From NCBI GenBank assembly GCA_045604045.1, contig JAZUNI010000057.1:1277-65276 (forward strand): 64,000 nucleotides of DNA, read 5' to 3'. Shown here piece by piece: positions 55,006 to 63,450 of the stretch. Positions within the stretch are counted from its first letter, which is position 1. Each line of letters starts with the position of its first letter. The notes beneath the pieces were generated by a model. That model was given only the letters and a program-made list of their open reading frames with translations. It was not told the DNA's origin and did not search any database. Both the position numbers and the translations under genes were made by a program. The DNA is from Elusimicrobiaceae bacterium. GTDB lineage: Bacteria > Elusimicrobiota > Elusimicrobia > Elusimicrobiales > Elusimicrobiaceae.

Positions 55006-55014
55006 TGCTATAAT
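55006..55014 (+). promoter_or_regulatory. extended -10 promoter (TGcTATAAT)
   Basis: It lies 10 nt upstream of ATG 55025. Confidence 0.45.
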
Positions 55015-55024
55015 AAATATAGGT

Positions 55025-55357
55025 ATGTGGAAACCAATTATTTTGTTATGTGCGTCTAACCTGTTTATGACGATTGCCTGGTATGGGCATTTGAAATTTA
55101 AATCTCGCGCACTGTGGGCGGTCATTTTGGTCAGCTGGGGCATTGCTTTTTTTGAGTATTGTTTGCAAGTGCCCGCCAACCGTATCGGCAGCAACTATTT
55201 TACGGTAACACAACTAAAAGTAATGCAAGAGGTAATCACGCTAGCCGTATTTGCCGGCTTTAGCGCGTGGTACTTTAAAGAGAGTTTTAAGTGGAATCAC
55301 GTTGTTGGTTTTTTGTGCTTAGTAGCCGCTGTGTTTTTCGTTTTCAAAAAGTGGTAA
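55025..55357 (+). CDS. small DMT-superfamily membrane protein (DUF486-like)
   Basis: 110 aa with 4 TM helices. Contains NLFMTIAWYGHLKF. Confidence 0.6.
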   Translation: MWKPIILLCASNLFMTIAWYGHLKFKSRALWAVILVSWGIAFFEYCLQVPANRIGSNYFTVTQLKVMQEVITLAVFAGFSAWYFKESFKWNHVVGFLCLVAAVFFVFKKW

Positions 55358-55441
55358 CTCGATGCCAGGCCGACTTTTCCCACAATACACATTTACATTT
55401 AGCAAGCCCCTTGCGTTTATTCACAGCAAAGGGCCCGTTTT

Positions 55442-56236
55442 TTACTTGCAAAAATCTTTATCTATCGGGAAAAGTTCGCAATAACCAAAACCAGTTCCTT
55501 CTCGATAGGGACTGCGCGCACAACAATTGGGTTGGCCATACGCACACTGACACACATCTTGTTTACCATCTTCGTTAATGAAAAACCAATCGTGCAAGTT
55601 ACAGTTATCATACGGCGAAGTACGAATTTTAATAAGCGCACCTGCCTCAAAATACCAGGCCGTGGTTGCATCCGTGTATGACATAACCGTTCCACCTAAT
55701 GTGGCGATGGTTTCATTTTGTAAGTTGCCACCCATATCATATACACCGCGCTGAATAGGACCATTTTCGCTCATCACCCAATACTGCGTGCGTATACCGC
55801 GAGAATCATCCTCCCACGCACAAGGGTATACGCCATACTTTTTGCATTGCCTAAGCCCGCGCTCAAACGGCGTAGCCGGCGCGCGACGACGCGGCTTTGC
55901 AATGGTAAGCGGTACGGCCGGCGCGGGGCAGACCTCGGGTTCTTCCGTGGGTACCGCGACTGTTTCTGGTTGTAGCTCGGGCTGTTGTTCTAATATCTCT
56001 GACGGTACAGAGGGCTCCTCTACAGTTAGTTGCTCTAAAGAAGCAAGTGGAACTACCGGGGCGGCTGGTACGGATTGAGGTTGTTCTACAACCGGTTTTA
56101 AAGAATGGGACGGACGAAAATAATGTTTCCAGAAAAATTTTCCTACAAAAAACACCCCAGAAACAACTAAAGTCAAACACACCGCCAGTAGCGGGATAAA
56201 CCATAAGGCTGGAGAAATCGAATGCTTGGATTGCAT
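55442..56236 (-). CDS. membrane-anchored protein with a conserved Cys-rich C-terminal domain (paralog 2)
   Basis: N-terminal TM helix, Pro/Glu linker and a ~140-aa C-domain that aligns to the upstream gene (DNxNLxDWF, CCARS, YREG, YCELFPxDxDFC). Confidence 0.65.
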   Translation of the reverse strand: MQSKHSISPALWFIPLLAVCLTLVVSGVFFVGKFFWKHYFRPSHSLKPVVEQPQSVPAAPVVPLASLEQLTVEEPSVPSEILEQQPELQPETVAVPTEEPEVCPAPAVPLTIAKPRRRAPATPFERGLRQCKKYGVYPCAWEDDSRGIRTQYWVMSENGPIQRGVYDMGGNLQNETIATLGGTVMSYTDATTAWYFEAGALIKIRTSPYDNCNLHDWFFINEDGKQDVCQCAYGQPNCCARSPYREGTGFGYCELFPIDKDFCK

Positions 56237-56239
56237 AAA

Positions 56240-57175
56240 TTACCTCTCACAAAAATCCGTATCCAGCGGAAATAATTCGCAGTATTTGCGGTGGCCGCCT
56301 TCGCGGTAAAGTAAGCTGCGAGCACAGCAAGCTTTCGTCGGCATTCCACACAAACACGTGGATAAACGGCCCGAAGCATCTATTACAAACCAATCACGCA
56401 AATTAGGGTTATCATATGGAAAAGTACGAATACGCGCGAGTAATCCTTCTGAGAAATAGAGCTCAGCAAAAGCACCTTGGTAATAAAGCACAGTACCGTC
56501 CACCATAGCCAATGTACGGGAAAGCCGTGTTCCATCCTTAGCGTATGTAATACGTTCAAGAGGACCATACATATTATCTAATCGGTAATGTTTTCTACGA
56601 TCTTGACTTTTGTCTTGCCATTTGCAAGGGAACAGTTTTTCCTGCATACACTTAAGTAACCCTTCTTGATACGAAAAACTTCTTGTAAGCAGCACAGGAA
56701 CGGGCTTGGGTGCTGGCTTAGCCGCCACTGTCCGCTTGGGTGCTGGCGTCAGCTCAGCGCCGCCTACGTCTTCTAATGTATAAGAAAACTCTTGCGCTGA
56801 AGGGGATTTCGCTGCGGGTTCTTCTTCCGGCAATTCTTCCAGATCCTCTTCCGCCTCCCAATCGTCTTCTTCCGATTCGTCTGTATTAGTACGTCCCAGC
56901 TTGTTCCACGTATCAATGTTGATATTCTGTACGACAAACGATGTCCCACTTGCGGTGGTAATAGTGGTAGTAGTCGTAGTTTCAGGAGTGGATTTTGTTT
57001 CCACGTCGGTATTTTGCTCCACCATGCGGTTCGAATTTTTAATCGCTCTTTCCACACTGGGCGCAGCAGAACGAAGCAGCTTCAATGTTATAAACACACC
57101 AAAAACAGCAAGAGCTGCCAGCAGTACCATGATTGTAGTCCTAAACCAATTTAACCCATTATCTTTTTCTGACAT
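56240..57175 (-). CDS. membrane-anchored protein with a conserved Cys-rich C-terminal domain (paralog 1)
   Basis: SD AGAGGAAC. N-terminal TM helix, Thr/Glu-rich linker and the same C-domain. Confidence 0.65.
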   Translation of the reverse strand: MSEKDNGLNWFRTTIMVLLAALAVFGVFITLKLLRSAAPSVERAIKNSNRMVEQNTDVETKSTPETTTTTTITTASGTSFVVQNINIDTWNKLGRTNTDESEEDDWEAEEDLEELPEEEPAAKSPSAQEFSYTLEDVGGAELTPAPKRTVAAKPAPKPVPVLLTRSFSYQEGLLKCMQEKLFPCKWQDKSQDRRKHYRLDNMYGPLERITYAKDGTRLSRTLAMVDGTVLYYQGAFAELYFSEGLLARIRTFPYDNPNLRDWFVIDASGRLSTCLCGMPTKACCARSLLYREGGHRKYCELFPLDTDFCER

Positions 57176-57222
57176 AGTTCCTCTTTTAATATGGACGCGT
57201 TTCTTTTGCGCCCTATTTTTAA

Positions 57223-57228
57223 TATAAT
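57223..57228 (+). promoter_or_regulatory. -10 hexamer TATAAT, ending 6 nt before ATG 57235 (leaderless candidate)
   Basis: TATAAT-aaatat-ATG with no SD. Confidence 0.45.
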
Positions 57229-57234
57229 AAATAT

Positions 57235-57897
57235 ATGAACAAAAAACAAATAAATGCGGAACAACAACCGCAAGAAAAAGATGTTCTTCTCTCGTTTTTA
57301 TCCAGCACGGTGGGCTATGTAAAAGCTCATAAAAAAGCCGTCTCTACAACGGTAGTAATTCTAGTGCTGGCGGCTGTACTAGGGTATGCGTACGCGGCGC
57401 ACGCAAAAGCCGTAGAGGAAAAATCCTGGGCGGCATATTATAAAGCTCAACTGGCGGTCATGCAAGACCCGGTGGCCTTGAACCAATTGGATAGTGTGTC
57501 GGCACAATTTCCGCACACCAACGCCGCACAATATGCCCAACTGTTAAAAGGGGATATTTTATATGCGCAAGAAAATTATGCCCAGGCAGCGGATGTGTAC
57601 GAGCCATTACTAAACGCCCATAACGAAACGTTGCGCACGGTAGCCACGCTTTCTTTAGCGGCGGCGCGCCAAGCTACTAAAAATTACGACGGGGCTATTA
57701 AACTACTCACCCAGTTTATTGAAAAAAATCCCAAAAGCTTTGCCTTGCCGCAAGCGTATTTTACACTGGCAGTTAGCCAAGAACTTGCCGGGCAAAAAGA
57801 AAAAGCAACCGAAACATACAAACAAATTTTGGCCGACTACACCAAAACGTATTTTGGCGCGGTTGCCAAAGAACGCTTGACTGCTTTAGCAAAATAA
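57235..57897 (+). CDS. membrane-anchored TPR-like protein (YfgM-like)
   Basis: One TM helix at about aa 35-55, followed by TPR-like helices. Confidence 0.5.
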   Translation: MNKKQINAEQQPQEKDVLLSFLSSTVGYVKAHKKAVSTTVVILVLAAVLGYAYAAHAKAVEEKSWAAYYKAQLAVMQDPVALNQLDSVSAQFPHTNAAQYAQLLKGDILYAQENYAQAADVYEPLLNAHNETLRTVATLSLAAARQATKNYDGAIKLLTQFIEKNPKSFALPQAYFTLAVSQELAGQKEKATETYKQILADYTKTYFGAVAKERLTALAK

Positions 57898-57903
57898 TAA
57901 GTA

Positions 57904-57934
57904 CCCCGCTAGCGAACCTGGCGGGGATTTTTTT
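57904..57934 (+). terminator. rho-independent terminator
   Basis: CCCCGC-N11-GCGGGG followed by A and T7. Confidence 0.7.
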
Positions 57935-57954
57935 GTAGCAATACAGGGAGACTT

Positions 57955-59226
57955 ATGAAAAAAATAGTACTGACGGCATTTTTGGCCGCGTGTATGACAA
58001 ACATTTCTTACGGGGCAGGGTTTGCGCTGTATGAATTTAGCGGCCGCTCTACCGCTATGGGCGGAGCCGTGATGGCTAGCAGTGCCGAGCCGGCCTCTTT
58101 GGCCACCAACCCGGCCTTGATTACCGAGTTAGACGGTACCCAAGTTCAACTGGGCGGTACAGTGGTGTCGGCCCATGCAAAAACCTCTATCAAAAGCCCG
58201 CTAACCGGGAAGTATGAAACGCGCGAACTAAAACGTGATATTTGGACGCTGCCTAACTTTTATATTACCCATAAATGGAGCGAGGACGTATCCTTTGGGT
58301 TGGGTGGGTTTAGCCGCTTTGGACTGGGGGGAACTTATAAAAATCACGCCAACTGGTACGGCAGCTATTTGGCCTACCACGTAAAACTGGAAACTTTTTC
58401 TTTCACCCCTACGATCGCTATTAAAGCTAATGACCAATTTTCTATGGCCATGGGATTAGAAGCCATGACCATTGATTTTACACAAAAATCTAACGGCCCG
58501 TTGCCGCAAGGAAGCACGTACGAAATCCATGGCGACGGCGTAAGCTGGGGGGGAAACTTCTCCCTTATCTATCGCCCGCAATGGGCTGAAAAATGGTCTT
58601 TAGGTGCTATGTACCGCACGAAAGTAAAACAAAACTTAAACGGATATATTAACACGTCTACAGGGGGAACAATTTCCGCCCCGGACTATAGCACTTGGCC
58701 ACCCACGTTAAAAGAAGTAGTACGCGATAGCGACGCCAAAGGCTCTATTAGCTTGCCCGACAGCATTTCCTTAGGTGTAGCGTTCCGCCCCGACGAAAAT
58801 TGGACACTGGAACTAGGGGCTGTGGCCACCATGTGGAGTTCGTACGACCAAATCACTATTGAATATAAAGATGACGAAAGTGCGCCCACCATTCATAACC
58901 GCAAGGAATATAAAGATACCATTCGTGCCAATTTTGGGGCAGAATATCAGTTCGTTCCCAAGTGGTTTGCGCGCGCCGGATACGTGTATGATAAATCCCC
59001 GATTAACGAACACGCTATGGACACGCTAGTGCCCGTGGATGACCGCCACATTGCTAGCTTGGGGCTTGGCTACAAAGGCGAAACCTGGAGTGCTGATTTT
59101 GCCTACGCGCATATTTTCGGCCGCCATTTGAAAGGAGACAGCAACGCCCAATTTGGCCATGTGCCCATGCGCTATGGCACAGGCGGGGGCGATATGTTCG
59201 CGTTAACCATTGGCTATAAGTTTTAA
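57955..59226 (+). CDS. outer-membrane transport protein, FadL/TodX (OMPP1) family
   Basis: Signal peptide, GAGFALYEFSGRSTAMGGA, and a C-terminal aromatic residue (YKF). Confidence 0.7.
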   Translation: MKKIVLTAFLAACMTNISYGAGFALYEFSGRSTAMGGAVMASSAEPASLATNPALITELDGTQVQLGGTVVSAHAKTSIKSPLTGKYETRELKRDIWTLPNFYITHKWSEDVSFGLGGFSRFGLGGTYKNHANWYGSYLAYHVKLETFSFTPTIAIKANDQFSMAMGLEAMTIDFTQKSNGPLPQGSTYEIHGDGVSWGGNFSLIYRPQWAEKWSLGAMYRTKVKQNLNGYINTSTGGTISAPDYSTWPPTLKEVVRDSDAKGSISLPDSISLGVAFRPDENWTLELGAVATMWSSYDQITIEYKDDESAPTIHNRKEYKDTIRANFGAEYQFVPKWFARAGYVYDKSPINEHAMDTLVPVDDRHIASLGLGYKGETWSADFAYAHIFGRHLKGDSNAQFGHVPMRYGTGGGDMFALTIGYKF

Positions 59227-59242
59227 GCTATAAACTAATACA

Positions 59243-59269
59243 AAACCCCTGCTACCCGGCGGGGGTTTT
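59243..59269 (+). terminator. rho-independent terminator
   Basis: AAACCCC...GGGGTTT followed by a T-run. Confidence 0.65.
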
Positions 59270-59302
59270 ATTTTTCTATAATATAAGTAATAGGGGGAAA
59301 AT

Positions 59303-60277
59303 ATGACTAAAACACATAAAATAAATGACCGTAAAGTAGCGGTAATTGGCTGCGGATTTGTAGGCTCTGCCAGTGCCTTTGCACTGATGCAAAGCGGACT
59401 ATTTAGCGAAATGGTACTTTTAGATGTAGACCACAAAAAAGCCGAAGGCGAAGCGATGGACATTTCCCACGGAGAGGCCTACGCCAGACCCATGCACATC
59501 TACGCAGGCACGTATGACGACATTGCAGACGCGGCTATCATTATTATCACGGCTGGAGCTAACCAAAAACCCGGCGAAACACGGCTAGATTTAGTACAGA
59601 AAAACGTCGGCATTTTTAAAACCATTATCCCCGAAATTGCTAAGCGCAACTATCCGGGTATTTTGCTCGTTGTAGCTAACCCGGTTGATGTGCTGACCTA
59701 TACCGCGCTTAAATTAAGCGGACTACCTGAAAACCGCGTGATTGGTTCGGGCACGGTGCTAGACACGGCGCGCTTTCGCGAAATTTTAGGTACACATTTA
59801 GGGGTAGATTCCCGGAGTGTTCACGCATTTATCGTCGGCGAACACGGCGATAGTGAAATTGCTGTTTGGAGTACGGCCAACGTGGCAGGAGTACCGATTA
59901 ACAAATTTTGTGAATTGCGCGGGCACTACAACCACGTGCAAGCTATGAAGCAAATTGCCGACGACGTCAAAAATGCCGCGTACGAAATTATTGAACGCAA
60001 AAAAGCTACTTATTACGGGATTGCTATGGCCGTCAAGCGTATTTGTGAGGCGATTGTGCGGGATGAAAAATCCGTCTTGCCTGTTTCCAACATGATGCAC
60101 GGCGCGTATGGAATTGAGGACATCACGCTTAGTATGCCAGCCGTCTTAGGCAAAAACGGCGTGGAAGTACAGATGCCCATTTCGCTAAGTATGGAAGAAG
60201 CCACCGCACTTAAAAAGTCAGCCGATATCTTAAAAGAAACAGCCGCAAACGCCGGCCTAGATAAATTATCCGCGTAA
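59303..60277 (+). CDS. ldh: L-lactate dehydrogenase
   Basis: Contains VAVIGCGFVGSA, ITAGANQKPGETRLDL and GEHGDS. Confidence 0.9.
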   Translation: MTKTHKINDRKVAVIGCGFVGSASAFALMQSGLFSEMVLLDVDHKKAEGEAMDISHGEAYARPMHIYAGTYDDIADAAIIIITAGANQKPGETRLDLVQKNVGIFKTIIPEIAKRNYPGILLVVANPVDVLTYTALKLSGLPENRVIGSGTVLDTARFREILGTHLGVDSRSVHAFIVGEHGDSEIAVWSTANVAGVPINKFCELRGHYNHVQAMKQIADDVKNAAYEIIERKKATYYGIAMAVKRICEAIVRDEKSVLPVSNMMHGAYGIEDITLSMPAVLGKNGVEVQMPISLSMEEATALKKSADILKETAANAGLDKLSA

Positions 60278-60294
60278 CATCTTAATACGCACCC

Positions 60295-60323
60295 TCCCTT
60301 CGGGTTTAGCGAAGGGATTTTTT
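60295..60323 (+). terminator. rho-independent terminator
   Basis: TCCCTTCG-N7-CGAAGGGA followed by T6. Confidence 0.75.
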
Positions 60324-60386
60324 CTAACCTGTTTTTCCACTGGCCAAGCGGTGCGTTCTCCCTTACCTTATATATGGGGGGGAAAT

Positions 60387-60782
60387 ATGACTCGCATTAA
60401 CGTAGTGCCAGTGGAGGAACTATCCGACGCGTGGCTATTGGCCGAATATCGGGAGCTACCGCGCGTACTCAAACAACCTGTTTGCTTAATGGGCGTACCA
60501 GCGCGCTATCAATTAGGGGCGGGCCACGTAAAGTGGGCCCGTAGGCATGGCCTGTTTGCATACAAGCGGATGCAGCGGCTCGTGCAAGAACTAAAATATC
60601 GCGGTTTCTCGCCCCGGTTTACAGCAGCGGGTCTGCGCAAATTTTTGCAACCATATATGAAGGACTACGCCGTCACAAAAGCAGACATATCCGTAAATCG
60701 TGCACGACTACTGACAAAATACCGGGCCCGTCCGCACGTCCACATGTGGACCAAGCGCAGCAAACCTAGCTACCTAAACTAA
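60387..60782 (+). CDS. pyrimidine-dimer DNA glycosylase (T4 endonuclease V-like)
   Basis: [27 protein letters not shown] closely parallels T4 DenV [27 protein letters not shown]. The SD GGGGGGAAAT lies before the ATG. Confidence 0.8.
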   Translation: [131 protein letters not shown]

Positions 60783-61789
60783 ATTTCTGCTAATAATTTT
60801 TGTACCAGGCGGGAAACGGCATATTTGGGTAGGTCTTTTGCCGGGATTTTAATAAACCCCTCCGGCACGTTGTGCGTGAGGGGGATCTTTACCTTATATA
60901 TGTAGGCGTAAATAATTTGGTGGGATAACACGTGCTTTAACGAGGATTGACTCACTTTTTCTACCTTCGCCGTACCAAACCATTTTTTAAGAAGGGGGGA
61001 TTGTAATATTGCGCCCGTAGTTTCCACCAGCGGTGGTTCGTACAAGTTCTGCCACACATCTCCGGCCCCACGTTGGTGCAACCAGGTAAATTTGCCTTGC
61101 TCTACATAGATATAGTGGAAGTAACGCGTAGAAACTTTTGTTTTTTGTGCTTTGACGGGAAGCTTGTCTTGCGTACCTTTCTGGTGGGCGTGGCACATCT
61201 TAGCTAGCGGACACACTAAACATTGCGGGGCTTGCGGCGTACACACCAGGGCCCCAAAATCCATAATGGCCTGATTGTAATCCCCGGGATGTTTTTTATC
61301 TAATAACTGTTCGGCTAGTGCTGTAAATTGTTTTTTGCCTTCGGTACTATCAATGGGAGTGGAAATGCCAAATACGCGAGCAAGCACCCGGTATACATTC
61401 CCGTCCACCACCGCATAGGGCATATTGTAGGCAATCGAGCAAATGGCCGCGGCAGTATAATCACCCACCCCTTTTAACGCACGCACCCCAGCGTAAGTAG
61501 GGGGAAAAGTGCCCCGCATGCTTTGGGCGGCAGCATGTAAGTTTCTAGCGCGAGAATAATATCCAAGCCCCTGCCACAATTTGAGCACCTGGTCTTGACT
61601 GGCTGCCGCCAACGCGGCCGGAGTGGGAAAGGTCTCCACAAACCTATTATAATAGGCCAACCCCTGAGCCACGCGAGTTTGTTGCATGATGATTTCACAC
61701 AGCCAAATTTTGTAAGGATCTTTGGTGTGGCGCCAGGGCAAATCACGCTTGTTGTTTTGATACCAGTTTAATAAGGGTAGCGGTTTCAT
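60779..61789 (-). CDS. mutY: A/G-specific adenine DNA glycosylase
   Basis: HhH-GPD domain, a 4Fe-4S cluster loop (C-x6-C-x2-C-x5-C) and a C-terminal NUDIX-like domain. Confidence 0.88.
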   Translation of the reverse strand: MKPLPLLNWYQNNKRDLPWRHTKDPYKIWLCEIIMQQTRVAQGLAYYNRFVETFPTPAALAAASQDQVLKLWQGLGYYSRARNLHAAAQSMRGTFPPTYAGVRALKGVGDYTAAAICSIAYNMPYAVVDGNVYRVLARVFGISTPIDSTEGKKQFTALAEQLLDKKHPGDYNQAIMDFGALVCTPQAPQCLVCPLAKMCHAHQKGTQDKLPVKAQKTKVSTRYFHYIYVEQGKFTWLHQRGAGDVWQNLYEPPLVETTGAILQSPLLKKWFGTAKVEKVSQSSLKHVLSHQIIYAYIYKVKIPLTHNVPEGFIKIPAKDLPKYAVSRLVQKLLAEI

Positions 61790-61795
61790 ATCAGT

Positions 61796-61801
61796 ATTTT
61801 A
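61796..61801 (-). promoter_or_regulatory. -10 hexamer TAAAAT, ending 6 nt before ATG 61789 (leaderless candidate)
   Basis: The minus strand reads TAAAAT-actgat-ATG with no SD. Confidence 0.4.
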
Positions 61802-61823
61802 CTATTTTTAGAAATAAGAAATT

Positions 61824-61832
61824 TGCTATACT
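61824..61832 (+). promoter_or_regulatory. extended -10 promoter (TGcTATACT), possibly for PL4
   Basis: TG at 61824-61825 and TATACT at 61827-61832. This would give a ~240-nt 5' UTR. Confidence 0.35.
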
Positions 61833-61896
61833 GAGAATTGTCGTACTAAAAATTTTAAACCTGTTTTTGGGAACTCAAACGGTTACGCCTTATTAA

Positions 61897-62033
61897 GGCC
61901 AACTAAATACACCTAGAACAGTCGTTTTAGGCACAGCTTTCGTGGGAAATCTAGAGCCCGCCGGGGTTGCGCCGAGTGCTTGTCGTTTATACGGCAGGCC
62001 ACGGCTGTTTTGGTGGGTTGTGTATAGTTGGCC
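61897..62033. repeat. 137-bp segment bounded by imperfect inverted repeats
   Basis: GGCCAACTAAATACAC (61897-61912) against GTGTATAGTTGGCC (62020-62033). Pairing extends inward (AACAGTCGT against ACGGCTGTT). Confidence 0.6.
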
Positions 62034-62075
62034 CGGCCAGAAGGCCGTTTCCTTTTCCAAACAAAAGGAGCAAAA

Positions 62076-63395
62076 ATGAAAAAACAACTATACACCCGGC
62101 AGGGTCAAACGCAAAACGAAGGGACTGTAAATACACATTGTCATGCTGAATCGCGGCCGTTACCGCTGGGCCGCGCCCCCGAAGGTTTTTGTCGGGGGTC
62201 TCATAAAACGGTTTCAGCATCTCATCCTTGTTTTCCTCTCCACTTGAGGGAGAGGATGCCCGCAGGGCAGGTGAGGGGGTATCTATTCGGGTTTACCCTT
62301 ATAGAAATGCTAGTTGCCGTACTGATACTCGGCATATTAGCAGCAGTCGCCGTTCCGCAATACCAAAAGGCAGTACTAAAAAGTAGGTTCGTGAGTATGA
62401 TGCCGGTGGCAAAAACACTCGCGGGCGCCAATGAAGTCTATTACGCCGAACACGATGCTTACGCCACGGACCCGGCCAAACTAGACGTCACCCGCCCGGC
62501 GGAAACACCGGACGGAACGGCTGTTTTAATGTATAGTAACCCGGAGGAAATGAGTTTTGTGCGGGTCAATAATCCAAGCGTTCCCAACGCACAGTATGTA
62601 GTGTATCAGAGCTTAAGTAAAAACTTCCCGAACACGACGTGGTGCGAAGCGGGCGATACGCGCGCCGAAGAAATGTGTGTGGCCTTAGGCGGCGTACTGC
62701 CCGACGGCTTAACCGGCAACAGCAGCGGCACCGACGGCTGGAAGGCGTATTTACTGTCCGGGGATAGCACCGGAGGACATTTTACACCGGCCTGCCCGGA
62801 GAACGCCACTTGTGACAGTAGCGGTAACGTAACCGCTTGCGGCGAAGAATATTACATAAAGAACAATGCGTGTGCCACGTATGAACATGTAGGGGACGTC
62901 TGTGAAGGCGAAGGCTCAAATTGTGACAACTCCGGGTTTTTGTGGGGAGCTTGTGTGGCGGGGGCTTCTTGTGAAGGTTCCACTTTTGTTGATGGAGCCT
63001 GTGCGCAAAACGCTTCCTGCCCCAGTTCTATGTTTAGGTTCACGGCAGAGTGTGCGGAAAATGCTATTTGTAACGGTTCTACGTTTGAGGGACACGCATA
63101 TTGCTCTTCTTGGAGCCATTGCGTGGACTCACAATTTAGAGATGAGTCCTCGTGTGGAAGTGCTATTTGTACTGGCTCTATCTTTAGTGGAAATTCCATG
63201 TGTATTTACTATTCAAACTGTGCTGAATCCACCTTTAACGATAGTTCCTACTGTGACGAAGGTTCTACTTGTACTGGTTCCACCTTTCGTGAAAACGCCG
63301 TATGCAGCGGGAAAGGTTGTGACCGTTCCGATGGAACCACTTACGAAGGAAACGCCTGCTGTACCACCGGCGGGGATTGCCCGCCGTGCCCTTAG
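62076..63395 (+). CDS. type IV pilin-like protein PL4 with a 72-aa leader and a Cys-rich repeat C-terminus
   Basis: SD AAAGGAG lies before ATG 62076. Contains G|FTLIEMLVAVLILGILAAVAVPQYQKAVLKSR. An in-frame ATG at 62256 is an alternative start. The C-terminus has about 8 repeats of C-x5-C-x2-S-x-F. Confidence 0.8.
   Translation: MKKQLYTRQGQTQNEGTVNTHCHAESRPLPLGRAPEGFCRGSHKTVSASHPCFPLHLRERMPAGQVRGYLFGFTLIEMLVAVLILGILAAVAVPQYQKAVLKSRFVSMMPVAKTLAGANEVYYAEHDAYATDPAKLDVTRPAETPDGTAVLMYSNPEEMSFVRVNNPSVPNAQYVVYQSLSKNFPNTTWCEAGDTRAEEMCVALGGVLPDGLTGNSSGTDGWKAYLLSGDSTGGHFTPACPENATCDSSGNVTACGEEYYIKNNACATYEHVGDVCEGEGSNCDNSGFLWGACVAGASCEGSTFVDGACAQNASCPSSMFRFTAECAENAICNGSTFEGHAYCSSWSHCVDSQFRDESSCGSAICTGSIFSGNSMCIYYSNCAESTFNDSSYCDEGSTCTGSTFRENAVCSGKGCDRSDGTTYEGNACCTTGGDCPPCP
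62140..62221 (+). repeat. hairpin-A unit whose loop carries two nested GC-rich hairpins
   Basis: The arms are GTC-ATGCTGAA (62143-62150) and TTCAGCAT-C (62213-62220). They enclose CGCGGCC/GGCCGCG (62152-62175) and CCCCCGA/TCGGGGG (62176-62198). Confidence 0.7.
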
Positions 63396-63419
63396 TGTAA
63401 GCGCATACTAATTCTTTTC

Positions 63420-63450
63420 AAGCCCTCAAGTACCAACCCTTGGGGGCTTT
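63420..63450 (+). terminator. terminator hairpin after PL4
   Basis: AAGCCCTCAAG-N8-CTTGGGGGCTT followed by TCTC. The U-tract is weak. Confidence 0.55.

Noticed and set aside
61893-62220. Small overlapping ORFs (60-77 aa, both strands) upstream of PL4.
   Set aside because: They have no SD and mutually overlapping frames. They lie within the inverted-repeat segment and leader modules, so they are more likely non-coding.
1405-62221. Whether the recurring hairpin units form a CRISPR array.
   Set aside because: The copies are kilobases apart, lack regular spacing and spacers, and no cas genes are present.
62852-63411. Alternative-frame ORFs (169 aa plus strand, 115 aa minus strand) over the PL4 C-terminus.
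   Set aside because: The PL4 frame shows a regular Cys-x5-Cys repeat continuous with the pilin N-domain. The alternative frames show no such periodicity.
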